A stretch of DNA of 27,283 nt from Candidatus Sumerlaeia bacterium. GTDB taxonomy: Bacteria; Sumerlaeota; Sumerlaeia; SLMS01. The number at the start of each line of letters is the position of its first letter. The first letter of the stretch is position 1. A model generated the notes under the pieces. That model was not told where the DNA came from, ran no database searches, and saw only the letters and a list, made by a program, of their open reading frames with translations. Below, piece after piece: positions 1 to 7,857 of the stretch. A program made the translations under genes and the position numbers. The stretch spans positions 1-27,283 of the forward strand of contig JBBQYG010000043.1 in NCBI GenBank assembly GCA_038208905.1. Reading direction: 5' to 3'.

Positions 1-1400
1 ACTGGCACGGTGGCTCCGACTGGAACATCGGCGCCCACGGGTACTTCTGCACCAACGATCACAGGGACGTCAGTGCCGACTGGCACGGCTGTTCCGACCG
101 GCACAGGTGGACCGACCGTTACGATCACGGGCACGGCGGCACCGACGGGAACGTCGGCGCCAACGGGCACCTCTGCTCCGACCGTCACAGGAACGGTGGC
201 ACCGACGGGAACGTCGGCTCCCACGGGGACTTCCGCACCGACGATAACTGGAACGGCGGCTCCGACTGGAACGGCGGCCCCCACGGGAACTTCTGCACCG
301 ACGATCACAGGGACTGCAGCGCCCACCGGCACGGCTGCTCCGACGGGTACAAGCGCACCGACGATCACTGGAACGGTGGCACCGACTGGAACGTCGGCGC
401 CCACGGGGACTTCCGCACCGACGATCACTGGCACGGCGGCACCGACGGGAACGTCGGCTCCGACGGGTACAAGCGCACCGACGATCACTGGAACGGTGGC
501 TCCGACTGGCACCGCTGCTCCGACAATCACAGGAACAGCAGCGCCCACCGGAACTTTCGTACCGACGATCACGGGCACTGCGGCACCGACGGGAACGTCG
601 GCTCCCACGGGTACTTCTGCACCAACCATCACTGGCACGGTGGCTCCGACTGGAACATCGGCGCCCACGGGTACTTCTGCACCAACGATCACAGGGACGT
701 CAGTGCCGACTGGCACGGCTGTTCCGACCGGCACAGGTGGACCGACCGTTACGATCACGGGCACTGCGGCACCGACGGGAACGTCGGCTCCCACGGGAAC
801 CTCTGCACCGACGATCACAGGAACGGCGCCGCCGACTGGAACGGCGGCGCCCACGGGTACTTCCGCACCGACGATCACAGGGACGGCAGTGCCGACTGGC
901 ACTGCTGCTCCGACGGGTACAAGCGCACTGACGGTTACGATCACGGGTACTGTTGCCCCGACTGGAACATCAGCGCCCACGGGTACTTCTGCACCAACGA
1001 TCACGGGAACGGTGGCTCCGACTGGAACGGCGGCCCCCACGGGCACCTCTGCACCGACGATCACTGGCACGGCGGCACCGACTGGAACCTCAGCACCGAC
1101 GATCACAGGAACGGCGCCGCCGACTGGAACAGCGGCCCCCACGGGGACTTCCGCACCGACGATCACCGGGACGGCAGTGCCGACGGGAACGTCGGCTCCT
1201 ACGGGAACCTCAGCACCGACGATCACAGGAACGGTGGCTCCGACTGGAACAGCAGCACCCACCGGCACCTCTGCACCGACGATCACGGGCACGGCGGCAC
1301 CGACGGGAACGTCGGCTCCCACGGGGACCTCCGCACCGACGATCACCGGCACGGCGGCTCCCACGGCAACCACGGCGCCGACCTCGACGCCCGATGTCAC
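1..1400 (+). repeat. Coding tandem repeat: 18-bp GT[SA]APT subunits within a roughly 60-bp (20-aa) unit
   Basis: ACGATCAC (T-I-T) recurs at about 60-bp spacing. Bases 1-134 are identical to 631-764. Confidence 0.95.
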
Positions 1401-2541
1401 CGGGACCGCTTCACCCACGCCCACGGCAACCGATACACCGACAACGGGGACGTTGACGCCGACGGGGACTCCGATCGTGGGGGCCGAGGTTTCGTTCGGC
1501 TTCGAGGAGTCCGCCGAAGGCTGGAGCTTCGGCTCCGTCGATTCCCTCTCCGCGCCGGATTCCTCGGTGGAGGACGGTTCCGTCAACCTGATCGCCACGA
1601 ATAACGCCAACTGCTTCGGCTTCTGGGAGTCCCCCGACTTCACCGTGGTGGACGAGGCGACCGACGTGGCCGCTGGCGGGCGCGCGATTCGCGGACTCAC
1701 GGGCACCGACTCACTCTATCGCACGACCTTCGTCGTCCGCACGGGCGTCGCCGATGCCTCCCAGGTGCCCACGCTGCGCGTGCGCTCCTCGTCGTTCGAT
1801 TTCCAGCAGAGCGACGTGATCGTGGCGACTTCGGTGGGCGACGGTTCCTACTCGCCGACGGCGGGCGGCGCCACCTATGTGCAGTACTTCACCCAGCCCG
1901 AGGGGCAGAACCAGTTCCGCCTCAACTTCGACCTGCTGAACTTCGACCCGACGGACGCCGCGGCGGGCAACCTGGAGCTCGAATCGGTGGTGGTGGAGGG
2001 CCTGGACCGCTCGACGCTCGTCAACGAGCAGGCCGTCGCCAGCTTCGCCTTCGCCGACAACGCCAACGGCTTCACCTATCGCTCGGCGGGCCTTGCGGAC
2101 CCGACGGCGACGGCGACGGGCCGCGGCCTGGAGCTGGTCGGCAGCGCCGCCGAGGCAAGCACCACCTTCGGCTACTGGGGCATCGAGACCGACGTCCCCT
2201 TCGTGGCCGGGCGCCTCTACCAGATCGCCTTCACCGTCTCCACGCCAGCCACGGTGGCCAACCGCGACGCGGTGCCCACGTTCCGCCTGCGCTACAACGA
2301 CAGCTCGCTGAAGGCCTCGGGCTACATCAATATCGAATCCGTGAACCCGTCCGTCCGCGTGCCGGTGGACAACACGCCCACGACGTACTTCCTGTACATC
2401 GCCACGCCGCCCCAGGTGGTCGGCAACACGTGGATCTTCAGCTTCGACTTCCTCCACGTGCCGGGCGCCGGAGACAGCAACGACCCGACGATTCCCGTGA
2501 CGCTGGAGAATCTGGAAGTGAAGTCGTTTGACGTTCCGTAA
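1..2541 (+). CDS. Mucin-like Thr/Pro/Gly/Ala repeat surface protein with two tandem C-terminal globular domains (5' partial)
   Basis: Frame is open from base 1 (T-G-T-V-A-P-T) to TAA at 2539-2541. About 480 aa of TITGTxAPTGTSAPTGTSAP repeats precede about 350 aa with strong GC3 bias containing two similar units (FGFWESP..LYRTTFVV..VPTLRVR and FGYWGIE..LYQIAFTV..VPTFRLR). Confidence 0.9.
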   Translation, partial: TGTVAPTGTSAPTGTSAPTITGTSVPTGTAVPTGTGGPTVTITGTAAPTGTSAPTGTSAPTVTGTVAPTGTSAPTGTSAPTITGTAAPTGTAAPTGTSAPTITGTAAPTGTAAPTGTSAPTITGTVAPTGTSAPTGTSAPTITGTAAPTGTSAPTGTSAPTITGTVAPTGTAAPTITGTAAPTGTFVPTITGTAAPTGTSAPTGTSAPTITGTVAPTGTSAPTGTSAPTITGTSVPTGTAVPTGTGGPTVTITGTAAPTGTSAPTGTSAPTITGTAPPTGTAAPTGTSAPTITGTAVPTGTAAPTGTSALTVTITGTVAPTGTSAPTGTSAPTITGTVAPTGTAAPTGTSAPTITGTAAPTGTSAPTITGTAPPTGTAAPTGTSAPTITGTAVPTGTSAPTGTSAPTITGTVAPTGTAAPTGTSAPTITGTAAPTGTSAPTGTSAPTITGTAAPTATTAPTSTPDVTGTASPTPTATDTPTTGTLTPTGTPIVGAEVSFGFEESAEGWSFGSVDSLSAPDSSVEDGSVNLIATNNANCFGFWESPDFTVVDEATDVAAGGRAIRGLTGTDSLYRTTFVVRTGVADASQVPTLRVRSSSFDFQQSDVIVATSVGDGSYSPTAGGATYVQYFTQPEGQNQFRLNFDLLNFDPTDAAAGNLELESVVVEGLDRSTLVNEQAVASFAFADNANGFTYRSAGLADPTATATGRGLELVGSAAEASTTFGYWGIETDVPFVAGRLYQIAFTVSTPATVANRDAVPTFRLRYNDSSLKASGYINIESVNPSVRVPVDNTPTTYFLYIATPPQVVGNTWIFSFDFLHVPGAGDSNDPTIPVTLENLEVKSFDVP

Positions 2542-2585
2542 GGGAAAAACGGGAAAGACGGAAACAGCGGGAAAGACGGAAAAAC

Positions 2586-2631
2586 AGGTGGGCGGGTGGC
2601 CGAAGGGGGTCACCCGCCCGCCTTGGTTGTT
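2586..2631 (+). terminator. Probable intrinsic terminator hairpin after the repeat-protein gene
   Basis: 16-bp stem AGGTGGGCGGGTGGCC (2586-2601) / GGTCACCCGCCCGCCT (2608-2623) with two G-U pairs, a 6-nt loop, then TGGTTGTT. Confidence 0.7.
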
Positions 2632-2705
2632 GACCATGCCACGTCGGCGCCGGAAGCATCGCAGCGCTCTTGGCAGTGCCACCTTGGGGACTCGTTCGAC
2701 CGCGC

Positions 2706-4250
2706 ATGGACTTTGCCGACTCACCTCGTCCCCGATGGCCCGTGGTGGTCGCCGTGGGATTCATGCTGGCGTTCACCGGGGCCGTGGGGGCGTGGGGGGC
2801 GCGGGCGAATGGATGGCATTTCGCGTATGCGCTGGATGACGCGTATATCCACCTGGCGACGGCGAGGAACTTCGCGGCGCACGGGGTGTGGGGTGTGACG
2901 CAATACGAGTTCGCGCCTGCCACGTCGTCGCTGCTGTGGCCGCTGCTGCTGTCGGCGATCCATGCCCTCACGGGCTGGCTGCTGATGGTGCCGCTGGCGC
3001 TCAATCTGGCGCTGGGGGCGGCGGTGCTGGCGGTGTGCGACCGCGTGGCGGGGTTGGCGAACGCGTGGGCGCGGCTGGCGTTGCTGCTCGCCATCGTGGT
3101 GTGCGGTCCGTTTCCGGTGCTGCTTCTTTCGGGAATGGAGACGATGCTCCACGTGCTGCTCGCCGCCCTTTTTCTCCATGCGGTTGCTGGCTTGATTTCA
3201 TCGGAGGAGTCGCCTTCGGCGAAACGGATCGCCATGGCGGCGACACTTGCCGCCGCACTGGTCGCGACGCGATTCGAGGGGCTGTTTCTTGCGTTTCCCG
3301 CGTGCGTGTCGCTGCTGTGGAGGCGTCGTTGGGTCGCGGGCATCGCGATCGGCGCGGCGGCGTGGGTTCCCGTGGCGGCGTTTGCTGCATACTCGATCCC
3401 GCGCGGAGGAATGTGGCTGCCTAATCCGGTGCTGCTCAAGAGCGCGAGCCTCGAGCCCGGCGCCTTCGCCCTGAACGCGCTGGTGGCGATGTGGCGGCTT
3501 CCGCTGATGGCGGTGCTGCTGGCGGGCGTCGTCGGCTGTTGGTGGATCGCGCGCGAGCCCGGTCACCGGGCACGGCTGGCGATCTTCGGCGCGGGGCTCC
3601 TGCTGCACATGCAGTTCGCGCGGACGGGGCACCTCTACCGCTATGAGGCTTATCTCGTCATCCTCGCGATGGCGCTGATCGCGCCGTTGATTCCTTGGCG
3701 GAACGCGCCGCGCCGCCAGGTTGTGGGGGCGGGGCTGATCGCGCTTCTTGCCGCGGTGCCGATGGCGGCGCGCGGGGGGAAGGGGCTGTTGCGCGGGGCA
3801 AACGCATCTATCGAGATATACGCCCAGCAGTGGATGATGGGATCGTTTTTGGCGGCGCACTACAACCGCGAAGTGGTCGCGGCCAACGACATCGGCGCCA
3901 TCGCGTTTCTCACCGATGTTCACCTGGTCGATCTCTGGGGGCTTGCGGACACGGCCGTGGCTCGCGCCAGGATGCGGGGAGAGTTCGACGGCGCGGCGAT
4001 CGGCGAGTACCTGCGCCGCCGCAACGCGCGCATCGCCGTCTGCTATCCCAACGCCCTCGGAGACCAGCACGGCATGATCCCCGTCGCCTCATGGACGATT
4101 CCAGCCGGGTGGGCCGTGCCGCAGGGGAAGGTTGCGTTCTTTGCCGCGGACGAGGCGGAGGCGGCGCGGCTGGATGCGAACCTTCGCGAGTTTGCGCCGC
4201 GTTTGCCGGCGCGCGTAGTGCAGCACTATGAACGAGGTGGGGCGAAGTGA
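2706..4250 (+). CDS. Polytopic membrane glycosyltransferase, GT-C fold (DDAY-type, arabinofuranosyltransferase/PMT-like)
   Basis: LDDAYIHLATARN after the first TM helix, then ATSSLLW, SGMET, TRFEG, many hydrophobic helices and a C-terminal DIGAIAF..VDLWGLAD motif. ATG 2706 preferred over TTG 2670. Confidence 0.8.
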   Translation: MDFADSPRPRWPVVVAVGFMLAFTGAVGAWGARANGWHFAYALDDAYIHLATARNFAAHGVWGVTQYEFAPATSSLLWPLLLSAIHALTGWLLMVPLALNLALGAAVLAVCDRVAGLANAWARLALLLAIVVCGPFPVLLLSGMETMLHVLLAALFLHAVAGLISSEESPSAKRIAMAATLAAALVATRFEGLFLAFPACVSLLWRRRWVAGIAIGAAAWVPVAAFAAYSIPRGGMWLPNPVLLKSASLEPGAFALNALVAMWRLPLMAVLLAGVVGCWWIAREPGHRARLAIFGAGLLLHMQFARTGHLYRYEAYLVILAMALIAPLIPWRNAPRRQVVGAGLIALLAAVPMAARGGKGLLRGANASIEIYAQQWMMGSFLAAHYNREVVAANDIGAIAFLTDVHLVDLWGLADTAVARARMRGEFDGAAIGEYLRRRNARIAVCYPNALGDQHGMIPVASWTIPAGWAVPQGKVAFFAADEAEAARLDANLREFAPRLPARVVQHYERGGAK

Positions 4251-5920
4251 CTGGTCGCATTCCCCGCGAGGTCCTGTGGCTCCTGATCGCCACGGCGATT
4301 ACTTTTGTCCCCTTCGCGTGGGCGGGATTCTTCTGGGACGACCGCATGGTGTTCCGCGAGGGCGGCGCCGTGGAGTCGCTGGCGACGCTGCTGGAGATCC
4401 CCTTCCGCCGCTGCATGCTGTTTCCGTCGCACGTCGAGTACGACTACTATCGGCCCGTGATCGACAGCCTTTTCGTGCTGGAGTACGCCGTGGCCGGGCG
4501 GACGCCGTTTCTGTATCACCTGACCAACTACACGCTGCATCTGGCGAATGTGCTGCTGGCGTTCGGGTTGCTGCGCCGCGTGCTGACGGGAACCCATGCA
4601 GGCATCGCGGCGGCGGCGGGCCTGGCTGTGTTCGCGCTGCACCCGATCCAGTCGGAGAGTGTGATGTGGATCGCTGCGCGACCCGGCGTCATCAGCCTGT
4701 CCTTTGGGCTGCTGATGATTCATGGGCTGGTCCGCATGGTGGAAGCGAACATCCCGGCGAGAGCTTGGCTATGGGGAGCGGCGGCTTGCAGCGCCTACTT
4801 CCTCTCGCTGATGTCCAAAGAGGTGGCGGTGGCGCTGGTTCCCGCATTGGTGCCACTGGTGCTGTTGGTTCCCCGCGAACGGAGAGTGCGGGCCATTGCG
4901 GCCATTTGTTCTCTGGCTGCCGTCACAGCGGCCTATCTGACGATCAATCGCGCGCCGGGCGGAAATCTGGGCGCAACCATCGAGACGCTCGGGCTGGGTG
5001 GCTATGCGGCGGCGGTGTTCCGCTTCTGTGCCTTCTATACGGGCACGCTTGCGTGGCCATTCGACATGATACCCAACTACCCGCTGTGGATCGACAAGAA
5101 GAGCGGGATGCTGCCGCTGGGCGTCGTCTCGATGCTGGCAGTTCTTGGCGTCGCGGGGTGGGCCTTTTCCACCCGCTCGCCACGGGGCATCGTGGCGGGC
5201 ACGGCGCTTGTGTATATGGGGGGCAGCCTCGTCCTGCCGACGCTGGGCGGGCAGTTCCAAGTGGCGGACCGCTATGCGTATCAGTCGATGCTGGGACTGG
5301 GCATCGCGGTGGCGGCGGGGATCTCTGTCGCGCTGGAACGCTGGCCGCGGGCCGACGGGCGCGTGGCGCGGGTCGCGGCGCTGGCGGCGCTCCTCATGGC
5401 GGCGATTAGCCTGCTTCAGAGTCTCCTCTGGGCGAGCGAGCGCGTGATGTGGACCCACGCGATCCGCGTCGATCCCAAGAACATGGACGCGAGGTTCGAC
5501 CTTTCCGACTATGCCATCGAGGCGGGGAACACGGAGCTGGCGGTGGAGCACTTGCAAGTTGGCCTCAGCGCCGGGCGGCCCTATTCCGAGAACTACCTCG
5601 CCTATCGCGCGCTGCTGCTGGGCCAGCTACTCGGCAAACTGGGCCGGGGTCAGGAGGCCTTCGCACCGCTCGAGATCGCGAAGAACAACGCCATGTTCTT
5701 CGGTCAGGCCACGGTTCTGGAGGCGATTATCCAGAACGACGCGGGGAACCGCGCCGAGTCGACGCGTCTGCTCGATTCGTTGCCGCGCGAGGGTCAGCCG
5801 TGGAACGTCTATCTGAGCGCCGCCTCCATCGCACGCGCTCAGGGCGACATGGAAAAGGCGCGGGAGTGGTACCGCCTTGCGCGGGCAAGCGGCGCGCCGG
5901 AGGACCGGAGCTACGAGTGA
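4247..5920 (+). CDS. TMTC-like GT-C membrane glycosyltransferase with C-terminal TPR repeats
   Basis: FFWDD, YYRP, YHLTNYTLHLAN, FALHPIQSESVMWIAAR, LMSKE and ADRYAY motifs, then W..AIRVDP and TPR-like helices. GTGA overlap with the upstream stop. Confidence 0.85.
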   Translation: MTGRIPREVLWLLIATAITFVPFAWAGFFWDDRMVFREGGAVESLATLLEIPFRRCMLFPSHVEYDYYRPVIDSLFVLEYAVAGRTPFLYHLTNYTLHLANVLLAFGLLRRVLTGTHAGIAAAAGLAVFALHPIQSESVMWIAARPGVISLSFGLLMIHGLVRMVEANIPARAWLWGAAACSAYFLSLMSKEVAVALVPALVPLVLLVPRERRVRAIAAICSLAAVTAAYLTINRAPGGNLGATIETLGLGGYAAAVFRFCAFYTGTLAWPFDMIPNYPLWIDKKSGMLPLGVVSMLAVLGVAGWAFSTRSPRGIVAGTALVYMGGSLVLPTLGGQFQVADRYAYQSMLGLGIAVAAGISVALERWPRADGRVARVAALAALLMAAISLLQSLLWASERVMWTHAIRVDPKNMDARFDLSDYAIEAGNTELAVEHLQVGLSAGRPYSENYLAYRALLLGQLLGKLGRGQEAFAPLEIAKNNAMFFGQATVLEAIIQNDAGNRAESTRLLDSLPREGQPWNVYLSAASIARAQGDMEKAREWYRLARASGAPEDRSYE

Positions 5921-5924
5921 GCCG

Positions 5925-6770
5925 CTATCGCGGCGAACCCTTGAAGAAGGAATAGACATCGCTCGCGGGCATGTCCTGGCGAAACGTCAGGACGCGATTG
6001 GTTCTATTGGGTTGAACCACCACCAGCGTCGGCACGCGCATCACGCCGAGGGCCTTCAGGACCTCGGCATTTTTCGGATCCTGGACATCGATGAAGTAGA
6101 TCGTCCGCGGGCCAAGAAGCGTCACCGCATCGGGATGCAGCAGGTAGCCGCGCTCAAAGGTCTTGCAGATATCTGTCGATTCCGAGCGCGCATAGATGAT
6201 GACGCTTCCCTTTTCCGCCAGTGTCTTCTGCGCGCCGAGCGGGCTGTAGGCCTGCCATTCGATGCGCGGGCGCGTTGGGGCGGGGGTCGCGCTTTTGGGA
6301 TCCGGCGTTGCGATCGGTTTCGCGGCCAGACTCCCCGCCATGCGCTCGGGCGGAAGCGGCCTGTCGGAGATGTTCTTGAGGTCTTCCACCTTGAGCTGCC
6401 AGCGCCCGCGATAGAGCTGCACTTCGCCGGTGGCGTACACATCGGTCCCGGGCTGTGAGAAGTTGGCGACTTCCAAGTTCTGGGGATTCCAGTAAACGAC
6501 CTCGAAAATCTTCGCTCCGCCATCGCTCAGCGTGATGATGTTGGGCGCGGTGTCCTTCCACGTTGGCTTGAAGTCGGCGACCTTCCCCTTCACCGACAGC
6601 AACTTGTCCTGCATCGAATGAATGACATCAAGTTGTTGAATCTCGTAGTAGCGGTTTTGATCAACGGACCCAGCGGTGGCGGGCGTGGGGGCCTGTGCTC
6701 TCCCCATGGCGAGCAACATTCCGATCAGAGTCATTGCGGCGAGGCACCGTCCAAGTTGCGGAAAACCCAT
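5925..6770 (-). CDS. Secreted protein with an OB-fold domain and a C-terminal thioredoxin-like domain
   Basis: Signal peptide MGFPQLGRCLAAMTLIGMLLAMGRAQA. OB-fold pattern VKGKV..ITLSDG..VVYW..VYATGEVQLYRGRWQLKV, a Pro linker, then Trx-like IIYARSESTDICKTFE..FIDV..LGVMRVPTLVVV. Confidence 0.7.
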   Translation of the reverse strand: MGFPQLGRCLAAMTLIGMLLAMGRAQAPTPATAGSVDQNRYYEIQQLDVIHSMQDKLLSVKGKVADFKPTWKDTAPNIITLSDGGAKIFEVVYWNPQNLEVANFSQPGTDVYATGEVQLYRGRWQLKVEDLKNISDRPLPPERMAGSLAAKPIATPDPKSATPAPTRPRIEWQAYSPLGAQKTLAEKGSVIIYARSESTDICKTFERGYLLHPDAVTLLGPRTIYFIDVQDPKNAEVLKALGVMRVPTLVVVQPNRTNRVLTFRQDMPASDVYSFFKGSPR

Positions 6771-6932
6771 CTGTCGATCTCCTTCGCGTATGCGGAAGAC
6801 CCAATGAACACGGGCACGCCGCCCGATCAAGTGAATAAGGAGTGACGAAAATGGGGATGGACAGATTGGAGCGCAGGGTGGTGATCGGAGGGATTCGGAG
6901 TGCGCACAAATAGAAAGCCCCCGCTCGCTGAA

Positions 6933-7472
6933 CTACGGGTCCACGCCCGTGCTTTCATTCTTAACATCGCCGACAGTGGCCTCGGCGGATTGCTTCTGAC
7001 CACGGAGGAATGCATATACAAGCGACGCGATCGTGCCGCCGCTGATGCATGTTCCAGATAGAGCCCCAGGCCATCCTCCGAGGGCGATAGCGAGAACGGC
7101 CGAAACAATCATGCCGAAGGCGGCTATCGTAATCGCGAATCGCTGTCCGCGCTTGTGAGCCTCGTGCTCTTTCTCGTTGTTCTGCCGGGCAATCGAGAGA
7201 ATTGCCTCCTGCTGGCTGGCGGCGATCTCCATGTCGCGCTTCTCCAGCGCTTGGCGATGCCTCGCCTGCTCCTCCGCCATCCTGAAAATCCTCTCGGCAG
7301 CGTCGGGGAGAACTTTGCCGTAAGCAGCTAGTATATCCGGTGGAGGAAGGGGGCCCGAAAACTCCGAGCGCTGAACGATTGTTTTCTGAGCAGGGATCAA
7401 TCCATGGCGATCCCCGCCCCGGGGCGACTCATCGCCGATCTTTCCTCGATTTCGTTGCTTACCGGACGACAT
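6933..7472 (-). CDS. DUF2335 family membrane protein
   Basis: FSGPLPPPDILAAYGKVLPDAAERIFRMAEEQARHRQALE is the DUF2335 signature, followed by a coiled coil, RGQ and two TM helices. ATG 7472 overlaps the upstream small gene. Confidence 0.85.
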   Translation of the reverse strand: MSSGKQRNRGKIGDESPRGGDRHGLIPAQKTIVQRSEFSGPLPPPDILAAYGKVLPDAAERIFRMAEEQARHRQALEKRDMEIAASQQEAILSIARQNNEKEHEAHKRGQRFAITIAAFGMIVSAVLAIALGGWPGALSGTCISGGTIASLVYAFLRGQKQSAEATVGDVKNESTGVDP

Positions 7473-7698
7473 CGTCTGGCGCTTTTGCCCGACGGATCTC
7501 CGCATCGAATTGGCCTGCGGCATCTTCGATATCCCGGCCAACAGCCCTCCAGTCGGACTCGAGCGCCTCGGCATCATTGCGCAGGAACTTGGGTCGATCA
7601 ATGGTGGGGATCGCGACCCTTACAGGTTGAGGAGAGAGAACCAGAGCGCTGCCGATTCCGGCCATCAGTGCGCTGTGCGAGCGACGCCGCGTGATCAT
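7459..7698 (-). CDS. Small hypothetical protein (79 aa), likely partner of the DUF2335 gene
   Basis: AAGGGG RBS-like sequence before ATG 7698, the motif DAEALESDWRAVGRDI, and a 14-nt overlap with the DUF2335 gene. Confidence 0.7.
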   Translation of the reverse strand: MITRRRSHSALMAGIGSALVLSPQPVRVAIPTIDRPKFLRNDAEALESDWRAVGRDIEDAAGQFDAEIRRAKAPDDVVR

Positions 7699-7737
7699 TT
7701 TTGAATCCCCCTTAGTGATTGCCGCCACCGCTCGCGC

Positions 7738-7765
7738 AGTATAAGGTTCCATATCCGCAGGTCAA
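7738..7765 (-). promoter_or_regulatory. Sigma70-type promoter for the small-protein/DUF2335 pair
   Basis: Minus strand reads TTGACC-16 nt-TATACT, about 40 bp upstream of ATG 7698. Confidence 0.65.
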
Positions 7766-7857
7766 CGCCCAACAGCTAATGTCACACTTTGCAAGGTTTC
7801 GGCCAGTCGATTCTCAGTCCCGACTTCACCTTTTCTTTGCCAGCGCTCCTGACCGCC

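Noticed and set aside
1-1400. Regular repeats as a CRISPR array
   Set aside because: The repeats are in-frame coding units with synonymous variation, no unique spacers and no cas genes.
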